Assembly (NCBI RefSeq): GCF_009914755.1 | Contig: NC_060935.1 | Origin: the human T2T-CHM13v2.0 reference genome, Homo sapiens | Direction: 5' to 3' (one strand) | DNA length: 64,000 nucleotides | Part shown: in pieces, positions 1 through 23,727 of the stretch | Layout of the letters: every line of letters begins with the position of its first letter | Position numbering within the stretch: the stretch's first letter is position 1 | Program-made: the position numbers and the translations under genes | Notes under the pieces: model-generated | Database searches by the model: none | Told to the model about the DNA's origin: nothing | What the model saw: only the letters and a program-made list of their open reading frames with translations

Positions 1-738
1 ATATGCTATGAAGTAAATAAGGAAAAGTGAAGTAAAAGTGACCAAGAGGGCTCCTCTAATTCAGAGCTCAGAAAAGTGTCTCTTTAAGGAGATGACATTT
101 AAGTTGAAGCCTGAGAGTGCCAGTAATACAGGCTGGGGGTAGGGGTAGAGTGAAGTGAGAAGTTCCAGAACAGAATGCAAAGACCGAAAAGAATAAGCGT
201 AATGTGTTGGAGTTATACACATCAAGTAGGTAGAGTAACTGCCCTGATAGAAATGAGCTAAGTAATGTATTCTAAACTCCAGAGGCAAGAATAGGAAAAT
301 CATTTAAAAACCTTAAAACTCTCCAACATTGACTACCAAGAATCCTAATTAGATTAAGAACTCAATTTTTATGCGTCCCTTTAGCTACCCACCGCCACCA
401 CTGTCACAGTTGTCCATCTTCCATATGGTAAATGCCATCTTTCCTCTAAAAACTATCATGCCTGTCATTCATATTTCATCACATCTCCGATAGAAGTACT
501 TTTTTAAAAGGGGCTGGGGGAATTCTACCCAGAAATTGCTCCTGAATTCTCCTACAGATCCCTACTTCACGTAGTACAATCATAGGTTAAGAGCAAAGGC
601 CCTGGAGACAGACTGACTTGGGTTTGAATTCAGATTCTATCACTTAGTTCTATGATTTTGAGCATGTTGCACAGCCTTTTAAAGACTCAGTTTCCTCATC
701 TGTAAAACATTGTGAGGATAAAAAAAGATAAAATGTAG

Positions 739-5832
<5,094 letters not shown>

Positions 5833-7098
5833 TAAAATCTTATTTAAAAATTTTTTTACATGAGTTTACCAACTAGATTTAACTTATGGTTGCAAAATAA
5901 ATTGATTTCACCTTTATCTATATCATTAAATTTGGTAAAAGCATTACAGTTTGTCCAGTCACTTCAGAGAAGTCAAAGTCTTCTACAATTTCTTAAAGTT
6001 TCAAAAGATTCTTAGCTTAATTTATTGGCTCTTTAGGTCAAAAGAAGGACTTTTCAGGGTGATGAAAATGGAGGAAGGAGGAGCTCACCTTTCTAAAAAT
6101 GAGTTTTCAATTACTATAATTATGCATAAGACAGGCAGCATTTCTGGGCCAAGATTTGATGCCTTGGTCCCATGAGAATTAAATTAGAGCCACGCATAAA
6201 TTTGGGGCAAGTTCTGCAAAAACCACTTCAACCTCTATTGATGCTGAATAAAAAACTCATTGTTAAGATTCATCAACACGAATATATTTTCTAACACACA
6301 CTAGCCACTCTGGCAACAACCCTTTCATCATTTTCTATCCAAGAAACAGAACGGAATGCATTTCAATCCTGCTCAACAATTACCACGATTACAAGTAGAG
6401 GGGAGAGCTCAAAAGTAAGAATCTAGTTCACCGAGCCCGACCTTAAAGTAGCAAGGCCCAACCCACACTGCTGGCTATTGTATTGGTTCCCCAACACCTC
6501 CAGGGCTGGAAGGACACCTGAACGCTCCCGACACGTTGAGAGAGAGAAAGCCAGTCGTTAAGGGCGGGGTGGTGGATGATCGGAATCGTTCACATCGCAG
6601 CAAGCCAGCAGGGACACAGGTGTGCGGCCAGGCCCCGGTGCCGCTGTCCTTGCTCCAGGGCGACAAGGCCCTTCGCAACCACCACAGCCCTCGTAGGCGC
6701 TTACTTATTCATTCACTTGACAATTACGCGAGAGGCACTCTAGCAGGGCCGGCTCTCGGGGCCCCCGCCCTAGTCTTGGTAAATCGCTGCCGCCAGGCGC
6801 GGCCCTGCACCGCCCGCGCCCCGCGGACGCTGCCACCCGCGCCACGCTGCGGCGCGCTCTGGCCACCTGGAGCCCAACCCCGGCCTCCGCCGCACACGAG
6901 CGCCCACGCCCCCGGCCCTGCCCGCCGCAGGTCCCCCGGCCTCCGGCTCGCTTCGCCGCCTCAGACCTGCCGGGTTCGTGGGGCAAGTGGGGCGCGCGTC
7001 TGGAGACCTCCAGCCGCCCAGGATTCAGGGGCTCCTCTGCGCGCGCGATGCCTGCACTCGAGGGCCTCGCGGGTGGGGCAGGCCCACCGACCACTCAC

Positions 7099-7160
7099 CT
7101 CAGCTGGGTCAGAACCAAGCGGCCTGCTCTAAGCCGTTTGAAACCGCTTGGGCCGCCGCA
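7099..7160 (-). other. CKAP5: CKAP5 non-coding exon 1 (TSS approximate); intron 1 runs to the left edge of the window
   Basis: Strong minus-strand donor GAG|GTGAGT at 7097-8 just downstream of the CCAAT boxes; no CKAP5 coding sequence is in the window, so the name rests on synteny. Confidence 0.75.
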
Positions 7161-7232
7161 CACCCCGCAGTGTCCTCGTTCTTTATTGGTCCTCGACGGA
7201 CCGCCCATCGGACTTTTATTGGTCCATTTGAA
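7137..7232. promoter_or_regulatory. Two CCAAT (NF-Y) boxes at 7185-9 and 7218-22, flanked by CHR motifs TTTGAA at 7137-42 and 7227-32
   Basis: Motifs read directly from the sequence; 33-bp CCAAT spacing plus CHR is typical of DREAM/MMB-regulated G2/M promoters. Confidence 0.8.
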
Positions 7233-8400
7233 AGGCCTGTGGGCACGCGCCGCCCGCAGCCTTAAAGGGGCCGCGCGCAGCCGTGTTTCCCTCTGGACCA
7301 GACGCCGCCTGCACGGGTGGGGACGCTGGTCGCTGCCGGGGGCAAGTCTGCCGACTCCAGAAAGAAAGGCGAAAGAATGTGTGTAGACCCGGGCATCCTT
7401 GGTCGTCAGCATGTTTGCTTTATTTAATTACAGATGTTCAGGCTGCTGTCAACACCCGACAATTTTTTTTGGTCATTTCATTCCCTAGAGATTGTGAAGC
7501 TAAGTGCTGTGAGGGAAACCAGAGGCAGCTGAGATGTCGTGGAAGTAACAGCGAATGAAGCCAGGATGCTGGATTCTGACCTTGGAACTGTTCTGAGTAA
7601 ATCACTTTTCTCAGTAAATCTTCTGGAGTTGTTTCCTTATCTGTAAAATGGGATAACGATGTTTCCCTTACAATTTAATGGAGGAGTTAATATAACTAAT
7701 AGAATGTCTGAGAAAAGCCTTTGTGAACTGTAACGCATCCTGCAAATGCTTAATATTCCCTTATAAAAACGAGAGGCTTGGTTAACATGATCTCCAGAAT
7801 TTTAGCTTAGCTCTACATTCAGTGTTTCTGTGAATGAGTTCAGGTCCTTACTTCCAAGGAATTTGTAATCTACAGTGGTTGGAGGAATATAACATACAGA
7901 CTAGTCACTAAAATTCAAAGCAGTGTAATAACTGTATAAATGAAAAGCTATAAATGCTTAGAGACAGGAGAAATTTGATGGGGGAGGATCTGTGAGGAAG
8001 ATGAATTTTTAACCTAGGATTTAAAGAATGTGTAGATTCCCAACAGGCTAAAAGATGGAGAGAGGATGGATAAAAGTAAATGAAACAATTACATGTTTTT
8101 TCATTGTCAAGTTGGCAGAGATGAAAAAGTTCAACAGCCTTTGGTTGGTCAAGATTTGGAAAAACAGGCTGGGTGCAATGGCTTATGCCTGTAATCCTAG
8201 CGCTTTGGGAGGCCGAGGCAGGAGGATTGCTTGAGGCCAGGAGTTCAAGACCAACCTGGGTCTTGCTATCAAGACCCCATCTCTGTTTTTAAAAATATAA
8301 AGAGATTTGGAAAAATGGACACTCAAAGTCAATATTGGTAAGAGTATAATTGGTACAAACCTTTAGGAGGACAATTTGACAGTTACTAAAATGTACATAA

Positions 8401-8671
<271 letters not shown>

Positions 8672-8816
8672 TAGTTTTAGTAGAGACGGAGTTGCACTGT
8701 GTTAGCCAGGCTGGTCTTGATCTGCTGACCTCGTGATCCTCCCGCCTGGGCCTCCCAAAGTGCTGGGATTACAGGCGTGAGCCACTGCACCCGGCTTTTT
8801 TTTTTTTTTTTTCTGA

Positions 8817-9129
<313 letters not shown>

Positions 9130-9137
9130 TGAGATGA

Positions 9138-9437
<300 letters not shown>

Positions 9438-10071
9438 TAAAATAAAAAAATAAATCTGGAGGCCAGGCATGGTGGCTCATGCCTGTAATCCCAGTGCTTT
9501 GGGAGGCTGAGGTGGAGGATTGCTGGAGTGTGGGAGGTCAAGGCTGCAGTGAGCTATGATCACGCCACTGTACTCCAGCCTGCGTGACAGAGTGAGACGC
9601 TGTCTCTAAAAAAAATAAAAAATCTGGAAATTACATGTTCATCAACAGGGAACCTTTTACATAAATTATGACATATCCATTCAATAGAACACTATGAAAC
9701 TGTTAAAAAGAATGCGGTTAATCTATGTGCTGGAACAGAAACATGCACAAATTTTATTAATTGAAAAAAAGGCAAGTTGCAGAACTTGTGGAATGATTTT
9801 ATTATATATGGTTATAAACGTATGTGTGTTTGAGGGCATGCCTGAAAATGGTTAGAACATTCCTGGAATTATAAGAAACTTAATAGGAGTGGGACTTGGG
9901 AGGGAAATGAATTTTTACTGTTAACGTGGTGTGTTTCTTTTTTCTTTCATAGAAGGAGCAGAGAGTAGTGGGGAAAGTGTGAGTCAGGGCGCAGAAACAG
10001 CAAAGTGCATCGTATGTATGGGACTGAACATGTGGGGTTGATTTTAGGACTGAAATTTTGTTGGGAAGTAG

Positions 10072-10419
<348 letters not shown>

Positions 10420-11558
10420 TAAAGGATCTTGAATCCCAGGGTATGGAATTGGTACTTTATTAAGTAGATAATGGGGGGGCTATTAAAGGTACCTGAGCAA
10501 GAGGGTGGCAAAATCAGAGTTGTACTTTAGGAAAATTAATTAGCTTGATTGTCTAAAATGGTTTAGAGTTGGGAACCCAGCTAGGAGTATGATATGAGGT
10601 GTTAGCAGTGGAGAGGATGAGAGCAGATTCAAGAAAGAATGAAAGATTTGGCAACTGACTAGATTAGGTGCAAAGGCAAGGGTGGGTCCCATTTAGGGAG
10701 GTGAGTCAAAGAGAATTCCAGGATTTGATTGCCCAATGGAAGTAGGAAGTCAGGAGAAGCCAGTCTCAAGGGGAAGGTGAGGCATTTAAATTGCAACCTG
10801 TTCACTTTTAGGTACCAATAAGGCATTCTAATGGAATCATCTGAGTAGGCCTAGAAAATACACGATGGAAGCTGGAAGAATAGATGCAGAATCAATGATA
10901 TAGATTTGGGAATCACATTGATAGAGTGAATGAGACTGCAGATTGGGGGATTGGAGAGAGTGAAAGGATGGCCAATGAAGACAGATCCACATGTAGGAGA
11001 AGAAGAAAGGAATGAAAGCAATATGGTCATGGTAACCTTGGATAAATTGGTGAGGATATACAGAAATAGTTTTCTTCAGTCATTGGTCATTGGCATATTT
11101 ACTTTATTTAAATATTACCAGAAATAAACTGAAGATTACATTTAAGGAGAGGGTGTGATGGTAATCAGGAATTGGCTTAACAAAGGATGTTTGTGCAGTC
11201 CGGGTCCTGGAGAGTTTTAGAACAAGATGACAAAATCCCTTTTTGTCTTGGATGACTTAGGTGCAGCCCTACTTTAAGGTGAGTATTAGATGTCTGATGC
11301 TACTCATTTATTCATTCAACAAATATTTATCAGCACCTATTATGTGGAGGGACTCTTCTAGGCACTGCAATGATCAGTAGATAAAATAGACTCCCCAAAA
11401 TTTCCTCCCTTTGTGGTGCTCACACTATAGTGAGGAAACGTAGACAATCAACACATAAATAAATTATATAGTATGTTATTAGACAATATGTCCAGTGGGA
11501 AAAGAAAAAGAATAAAACTAGGTAAAGGGATAGGGAAGTGGGGTTGGAAAGACTGTAA

Positions 11559-13503
<1,945 letters not shown>

Positions 13504-13852
13504 AGGGAAAGGCTGTGTTTTCTTTCTGTTGTTGGTTTTTTTTTTTGTTTTTTTTTTTTTTTTGAGACAGGGTCTTGCTCTGTCACCCAGGCTGGAGTGC
13601 AATGGCGTGATCACAGCTCAACTGCAGCCTTGACCTCCTGGGCTCAAGTGATTGTCCCACTTCAGCCTCTCGAGTAGCTGAGACTATAGGCATGCATGAA
13701 AACACCTTTTTTTTTTTTTTTTTTTTGTAGAGACACAGGATCTCATTATGTTACCCAGGATGATCTCAAACCCATGGACTCAAGCAATTCTCCTGCATCA
13801 GCCTCCCAAAGTGCTGGGATTACAGGTATGAGCCACCACACCCAGCTGACTA

Positions 13853-14281
<429 letters not shown>

Positions 14282-16277
14282 CTAGGGGAAGAAAGTGCCA
14301 GCAAGGGCCAACAACTGTGCAAAGGCCTTATGTTTTTGAGGAAGACAGAGGCTAGTGTCACTGGCCCAGGGTAGCATGCAGTAGAGGGGTAGTAGCAGAA
14401 GAAATCTTATAACAGTGGGGGGTGAGGACTGGCAGATCCCACAAGGCCTTGTAGAAATCTTATACAGTACCTTGCCCGTAGTAGGTATTCAATAAATGTT
14501 TGCCCAGTCATCTTTTGCCTTCTAGGATTATCATCAAATAGCATTTATCTGTGTATTTATTGGAGTTACGTGTGCTTTTATTCCAGGGTCTTCTCAGTAG
14601 TCCTTTTACATAAGGAGTATATTTATGAACATACTGCCCTCTGAGGGCAGTGAAGCCCTTGTGGGCATTAGAGATCAAAGTGAATGCTGTATTTTTGCAA
14701 CTGAAAACAGGAAACAAATGTCAAATACTGTGGCTGCTGAATAACTGTGCTGGGCATTTCTGAAAAGCCTGTTAGGGTTGAGACAGTGCTCATTCTTTTG
14801 TAATCACAAGCTGAATTCTGGTTGAAGCATCCCTACCATGGGATATGTATCCATATTTCCAGCCTAAAAGGAGCAGCTTCAGTGATGAGCTTCCTTCAAC
14901 TTTCAATGCAGGTGCCCTCTGCATTATTTCCCTGGAGATAGCAGTGGTGACATTAATACAGATTTCAAGTGGCTGTGGGTTTTAGTGCCTTAACTGTCTT
15001 CCAGGATTGCAAAGCCTACCCTGGCTTGCACTTGATTGCATTTAGTAGGTGCTGGTTGAATGAAGGAATGAATAGCCTTTATTTTTTCTTTTCTCATATT
15101 CATTTTCCATAGCCCCCAAAATGTAGGCTGTCCAAGAACTTTGACCACAGAAGCATCAGCGCCACCAAAGAGGAAGGAGGGAGAAGGGAGAGATAGGGAC
15201 CTCATTAGAAGACTATCAACAGGCTTTTAGGGCCTGGAGGGAAAACCATCAGGAAGAGCAAGATACATGAAAGTTCTTGGCTCTTTGTGTCTTATAAAAT
15301 GAAATAAGCAGATTGTGTAGCTTGTGGCTAACTTAGCCTTGGGTTTAAACTATGACCCTTAATTAGGCTGTCTGGGTCTGTTTTAACACCATGTCAAGGA
15401 GACCAAAGTTATGAGTTGGAGCTTTGACTAGACATCAAACTTTATTCCCTATGCTGAGCTCTGCTAGCCTCTGCAGCTGGTTAACGGGAGAATGGTGTGG
15501 AGAGAAAATAAGTAGGCAGATGAGGGAATGTTTCAAAACAAAGAGTGCCTAAAAACATCCCAAAACACACATCCTATTAAGTGAATCAGTCGACTCAACT
15601 TCACATTTGAAGAAAAGATATATTACAGACTGTTTCGTAGCCATAAAAAGGACTCAGCCACATTTCTTTTATCATTATGTCCATAAATAGAAACCAGACA
15701 ACTTAGGGCCAGGTGCGGTGGCTCACGCCTGTAATCCCAGCACTTTGGGAGGCTGAGGCGGGCGGATCACAAGGTCAGGAGATCGAGACCATCCTGGCTA
15801 ACACGGTGAAACCCCGTCTCTCCTAAAAATACAAAAAATTAGCTGGGTGTGGCAGTGGGCGCCTGTAGTCCCAGCTACTTGGGAGGCTGAGGCAGAAGAT
15901 TGTGCCACTGCACTCCAGCCTGGGCGACAGAGCGAGACCCTGGATAACCTTGGATATCAGTGCATTACTGGGTCCTCTTAGAACCCTCTTAGAACCCACT
16001 TAGAAACCTGTGCACCCTCAGCTTTTGTAGATGCTGCCTCTGAGTTCCTATGCATTGAATTTAGGCCTACGTTTGGTGACAGCTTCAGTTTATCCAGAGT
16101 CCTTTCTATGGGCCAGAGATCCTTTCATTTTAGATTCCACAGTTTGTTCATACACCATAGACAGACCGTGACTGTATTTTGAGTGAGTTTGCAAAAATAT
16201 GGCCAGTTTGTTAGAACTTGACCCACCATCTGCTCACTTATCAGTTTCAGGGTTTTTTTGTTTTGTTTTTTTAGTGA

Positions 16278-16415
<138 letters not shown>

Positions 16416-16932
16416 TGACTAATATTTTTAAATTTTTTTGTAGAGATATGGTCCTGTCATGTTGCCCAGGCTGATCGTGAACTCCAGGCCTCAAGCAATA
16501 CTCCTTACTTCTGTCTTGGCCTCCCAAAGTGGTGAGATTACTTTGGTGTAGCCACTGTGCCTGACCCTAGTTTCAGATTTTATACCAGAGAACTAGACAA
16601 GGAATTCCCAACCTTTGTTTTATCCCAAGATGTCCTCCTTTTCTGCTTTTTTTTTCCCTCCCAAAGAGAACAGTGGGGGTTGGAGGGATGGTTATCCTTG
16701 GGCTATTCTACTTGTTTTTGTTCTGGCACACCTACTCCTTACTACAGTTAGAAAAATTATACACTGTAGCTTATACTCAGATCTCTGGTCACTTAAATAC
16801 AAGAAGCTTCAGTCTTTCTTACTTTCATTTTTTGTCTTTTTTTGGGATGGTGGTGGTAATGGTGTTGCTAGACTCTAAGCTCTGTAAGATTATGTCTTTG
16901 TTTAGGCATGGGCAGTGCCTAGCCCATAGCAG

Positions 16933-16967
16933 ATGAATGAATGAATGAATGAATGAATGAATGAATG
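16933..16967 (+). repeat. (ATGA)n microsatellite
   Basis: About 8 tandem copies visible. Confidence 0.9.
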
Positions 16968-17619
16968 GGGATATTATCCTATAGATGGTGTGTGGTTTAG
17001 AAAATCAACTATTGAGACTTGACATGAAATTCTACATCGGGCGTTGAGATTAACATGATTCCCAGTTTTCACTGAGGGATATCACATCCAGAGAACCTGA
17101 GAAGGGATCCCTAGCTCCTTGTTCTAGCCTTGAGAAGTAGTGGATGAGCTATGAAAAGACAGCTTTTAAAAATAAATGAAATCCTAGTGATAATTTGATC
17201 CACTCTCAGACTAACTATGAAAGTTGACTAAGATCAAACAGAGCTAGTGGCAGATCTGGGACTGGAATTAGCCCTCCATGTCCCCAGCTCCAGTACTTTT
17301 CTTACTACATGAGATAGTCTTGCCAGTGACCATCACTGCAAGGCAAAGTAAAGTTCTGTAACAAAGACCTAGAACAGAAATAGAAGATACATGGTATACA
17401 TGCCATGACATTTCCTTCCAGTGCACAGAAGAGATGTCACTAGCCATATGACATTCTTCCCATTGGGTGCGAATAGGCCCTCAGGCAGCCACTACCAACC
17501 AGTCAGAGTCAGCACTCAAGAGGAAACCCATCTACCATTCCTCTTCCAGAGGAAATAAAGGTTTCATCAGTCAAGGAACTCTGGCCTCGACCTGTCTTCT
17601 CCAGATGAGCTGAAAACTC

Positions 17620-19883
17620 CAGCAGGAACCTCACACTCTTTATTGCTCTTCACTGTGCCCACATCCACAAAGGACTTAAAAGTGATGTCTGTAAGCAGGT
17701 TTTCCACAGCATGGGTCTGCCAGACAGAGCAGGTGCAGGATTAGTCATGACTCCAAGCCAGGCAAGGTGATTAAGAAAAGCTAAATTTATATTAAATTAT
17801 CATAAAGTCCTAAAATACTGAACATAGTGGTTAAATAACTCCAGAAAGTCCAATCTCTCCAGTGAGTAACGTTAAAACCATTACACATGAGCATGGGAGA
17901 ATCGCTTCCATTAGTTTAGGACAGAGAGATTTTGCTTTTTACAGAGTAAATCAGTGCTCAAATAGATACTTCCTCAAATATGTCCTTTCTACATTCTGAA
18001 CAGCCCAAGTGCAATAAGATCCTTCCCCCTTTCCAATCAAGAAAATGCCACTTTTCTACTTGCTCTTCCTCCCCAGACATGAGTCTAAGGACCCAAAGTG
18101 CTCACTCCTTTACTGCTTGTTAAGTGTAATGTGGGGAGGCTCAGAACTGGGGCTGACGCTACTGAGAGCAAGGCTAAGGGCCTGGTATCTCTCTCTAGCA
18201 GTCTTAGAACTGACTAGAAAAGAATTGATCTTGTCCTTTTTCACTTTGGTAGCTGATTTCTCAATACCAGTAACCACAGGAGAAGTTTCAACTCAGGAAA
18301 CTTCCCCTAGAAATTCTCCCCTCCATTCCCAGCCCCTGTTGTTCTCTCCTGCCACTTCTAATTCCTGGGGGAGAAGAGGTCTGGGTCTGCCATGGGCTAG
18401 GAGGGCCTCATCAGTGGTGCTCTCTACCTTCCTACTCCTTACCCACCTCTTTGTATTTTTATTTATTCAGCCCTCCCACCACAGGACTTTGGAGATTGCT
18501 GGTGCCACAAGGCTTGGTCAGAAAAAGCAAATTAGGCAAAAAAACAAACAAAAAAACCCCACGAAGAACAGCTAGGGAGACGTTTTAGGGCAAAAATAAG
18601 TCTCAATTTCCCTGATACCAGGCTGAGACACGTGCCCTTTGTGTGAATGAGCATGAACCAAGTGATGGCATCCCACATGGAAACTAAGCCCCTTAGCTGA
18701 GGGGACAGCTGGAAGAGGAACATCACCACCCCGTAGCCACAGGCTTGCTGTCCACTAACTTAGATCCCTGAGCACTTGAGAAAGAACATAGGAAGTTCAA
18801 CAGGAAGTTTGACCCTCATGGATACTTCTCTTTAGGCCCTGGGTTTCCCAAGTCTCCAACCTGATCGTTCTTTCTGACCATTTATGACAACTTCTGGTTT
18901 TTCTTTGAAAGCTTGTTTCTAGGTCTCTTCCCCAGAATCCCAGGACATGAGGGAGAGAGGGGTCAGGAGGTATACCATATTTGGTCTAGGCAGAGCTTCT
19001 TAGACTTTTCAGAGACTCAGCCCCCAAGGCCTAACATTCACTCAAGCCACTGGCTCACAACCTGGTTAATTTGAGCAAAGACTTAGGAAAGGTACTGGCC
19101 AGTGGTGGCACCAGGAGGGAATTCCTATTAGCCAGTAGCCTTGTGATAGGGGACCCAGTTATCTGAATGTAGAAACAGCTCCAGACATTCTAGGAGGAGG
19201 AAGAACAGCCTGAGCCACCCCCATCTCACCAGTATCTGCTGCTGAAAAGGCAGTGTCTCTTAGGGCAAGAATAATGTCCACTGCCAGCAATGGACCAGAC
19301 ACCCAGATCCAACTACCCCCCAAAGCTTTTTCATGTTACCAACACACTTGAGGCTGGAGGTTTCCCAGATGCCCATACCTGCTGGGCTGATTCTTCCTTC
19401 TTCTCTCAGCCTCTATCCTTCATCCCTGTCTTTACCCACACCCCCATGTCCCAGCCCCTGATGGGCAAGTTCTCTCAGAGAAGCAGTCATGCTGGCTGTG
19501 ATGGGGCAGAGCGCAGTCCTGGGTCATCAGCTGCATCAGCACTGAGAAGCAGGCACTGAGGGTACTGGGGAAAGGGGAGGTGGAGCTCTACGCTGGTGAG
19601 GAATCACGAATAAGCAGTTTCAGGGGGCCCAGGATGGAGTACAAGATGTGAGGTTCATGGTAAAATCCAGGTCTAAATTCTCGTGATGTGCCATCATTTC
19701 TTGTGCACAGGTAGTTATGGACTCACGTGGTAAACAGCTCCGGTGAAGGCTTAGGAACAGTTATGGGGTGGGAGGAGGAGGAGGACAAGCACACAGAAGC
19801 GGGGCCTGCGGTGTAAGCGAGCACAAGGACTAGACGTCCATAAAGGAGAAGGAACAGGCAGGCAGGGAAGAGAATGTGGGCAT
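17620..19883 (-). other. LRP4: LRP4 3' UTR (about 2.26 kb, Alu-free); 3' end approximate
   Basis: Follows the stop codon; minus-strand AATAAA at 17639-17644. Confidence 0.75.
17639..17644 (-). terminator. LRP4: Likely distal LRP4 polyadenylation signal AATAAA
   Basis: TTTATT on the + strand at a distance matching the roughly 8-kb mRNA I recall. Confidence 0.7.
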
Positions 19884-20216
<333 letters not shown>

Positions 20217-20837
20217 CTAGGGTGGAGAGTGGGCAGATATGGTCAGTCAGTTGGCCTTCTACAAAGGATCCCATGGTAAACTGAAAAAGGAAGTGGATGG
20301 GGTAAGAGTAGGAGTGAAGCGCACAAAAATCCCACAAACAAATGGGGAAATGTGATTAAGACAAGTGTATGAGGCCTAGCCTAAAAGGGGAGAGGCAGCT
20401 GTGATAATTATTACCATTACCATACAGGAGGAGGGAAAACCATGGCTTCCGGTCCTGCAGCAGCCACTCACTGGCTTTGTCACCTTAGGCAAATTATTTC
20501 ACATTTCTAAAACTCAGTCTCTTAAGACTCTGCAGTGTGAGGAGAGTAACAGTATCCACACCTCACAACCAACTGCTGTCACCTTAAATGAGATGATACA
20601 TGGAATGCAGTTATCAGGGAGCTTGACACAAGATGCACTATAACATGTTAGCTATGTTACATTGTTACTGTGGTTTATTAATGGGACATCATGCTGATAT
20701 AAATCATCAAAAGCAATTGGCAAGAGCAATTAAATGTACATTTATTCAGGATTTTAAGCTACTTCGGGTGCTAGTTTGTATCTCTTTTTTCTAATTTTGT
20801 TAAGGAGAAAACTTGGGAGGTAAGACAGGGGACTCTA

Positions 20838-21131
<294 letters not shown>

Positions 21132-22419
21132 TTAAAAAAAAAAAAAGAAAGAAAGAAAGAAAAAAAACTAAAAAAAAGGAAATCTTCTTATCTGGGTCCT
21201 AAACGTCAATATAGTGGGGTCCTGCAACTTATAACCTTTTTTGGGAGGTTACTCTCGCTCTGCTGCCATGAGTCCTGGGACCATTCCCAAGCAAAACCTG
21301 GGACTCTTCCAGGCACAGCCTGGAGTTCTGCTCGGGCCTCTCCCTTTATGGCTTCTTCAAAGAGCAGCCTCACTCCTGGCTGCTGGGGTATACCAACCGA
21401 CATACCACCACTGCTAGAAGAAAATGGATCATCTTGGGTTCTGTCCCTGGGATAGTATTCCTGCCAAGAGTTCTGCAACTGTGGCTGTGGCTCTATTTTT
21501 GTAACAATTCAATTCCACAGATATTTACTGAGCCCCTATGTTAAGCAGAAGACTGTGCTAGGTGCTTTGATGATTATACAATATAAAACATGGTCCCTGC
21601 CCTCTGAGAGTGACAGTCCCCTCAGCCATGCAGAGTGGGACATAGCACACAAGCAAACACACAGATGTCTGTTCACCCAGCACACCCTCCAAGATGAAAT
21701 TAGTATAAGATGCAGACCACTCAATGTCTTAATTAAGAGACACGCTGGGTAAGTTAGGGAGAGGTGGGGGATATGGCACTTGCAATTTGGGAAACACCAC
21801 TCCCTCTACAAACACACAGCAACAGGTACCTGAAATCAAGAGGAAATCAGAAGAGAAAAGGTGAAAGACTATCAGAGGGGTGAAAGAGCTGCTGAGGAAG
21901 AAACACACAACAGAAGAAAGAGGTCACACTATTTTCATTGCTATCCTGTGGCCTTCATTGTGGTTCTTTTCTGGAGCATCAGATACTCCAGGAACCCAAG
22001 AATCTTCAAGAGTCTTTCTCTCAAAGATATTGGGGAGGGGTCTACCATTCCTAGAACTACAAGCCATCCCTGCACATTCTGTTTTGACTGCAGTAGAAGC
22101 TTTTAAAAAATTTTTAATTTCAATTTTTTTTTTCAAACACCAACTTGAACCAGAAGTAGTGGAAGCTATTTAAATACGGGAATTCATGGATCCAGAAAGC
22201 ACATGATTATTATGTGAAATGTGTTTATTACACATGAGAGCCCTGCAGGTGTGAGAGCAGGTTCTGACTGTGCTAGATAGGCCAAAGAAGTAGACTGATG
22301 AGGATCTTCATAAGGAATAACTTCTGATGAAGAGTTACAGGATTTTAGGAAAAAAACAAGGCTTATATTGGATTAGGAAAATCTGAAATACCAGGTATAG
22401 TTAGTTTCCTTGTGGAAAT

Positions 22420-22450
<31 letters not shown>

Positions 22451-22618
22451 GAGACAGGGTCTCATTGTCACCCAGGCTGGAGGGTAGTGGCATGATCACA
22501 GCTCACTGCAGCCTCCAACTCCTGAGCTCAAGTGATCCTCCTACCTCAGCCTCCTGTGTAGCTGGGACTACAGGCACAAGCCACCACACCCAGCTCATTG
22601 AAATGGGACTATTTTTCA

Positions 22619-23021
<403 letters not shown>

Positions 23022-23428
23022 CTAGAGAAATTTTTGTGATAAGAGGAAGAATAGTGAAAAACAAGCCATTCCCAACCATAGGTGCTACTAGCTTGGACTG
23101 GAGGTTAGTAATGGGCGAGTCCAGGAGCTCTTGGGTTTTTTGGGTGTTGTCTGGGAGAGCTCCCTTGTTTCAGAAGCACATAGCCTTTTGCAGGGGAATG
23201 ACAGTTCCTGGAGGGAAAGAACCTATAAGCTTGGAAAAATATCTCATGGCAGGGCAACTGCTTTCAGACCTAAATCTTCTGAGATCTGCCTTCTAACCTG
23301 GCTCTCACTAAGGTCCCTCAAACTAATCCCTCAGAGATTCTAGAACTTCCCAGAAACCCAAATTACATTCAGTTCTTCTGTTCACTATAACTTCCAAAAT
23401 GGTAGATGGGATTACTCAGCAGCCGTTA

Positions 23429-23653
<225 letters not shown>

Positions 23654-23727
23654 TTAGGAGGGAAGGTGATGAGAAATTAGTCGAGATCTTTAAGGGGATG
23701 ATACCTGGGAAAGCTGTAAACTGAGTC

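Larger units (their letters stand above)
6590..7390. promoter_or_regulatory. CpG island / bidirectional promoter (CKAP5 on minus, LRP4-AS1 on plus)
   Basis: GC- and CpG-dense non-repetitive stretch with CCAAT and CHR motifs; gene identities come from recalled synteny with LRP4. Confidence 0.88.

Noticed and set aside
6536-7412. Several 95-198 aa ORFs over the CpG island
   Set aside because: Pro/Arg/Ala-rich frames are expected from stop-poor GC-rich sequence; they occur on both strands and show no recognisable domain
15974-16008. Short CTTAGAACCC tandem repeat beside a tail-less Alu; similar 15-bp duplication at about 46808-46836
   Set aside because: Small slippage duplications with no nearby functional signal
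18045-18575. 176-aa + strand ORF antisense to the LRP4 3' UTR
   Set aside because: No recognisable homology or supporting gene structure; likely chance
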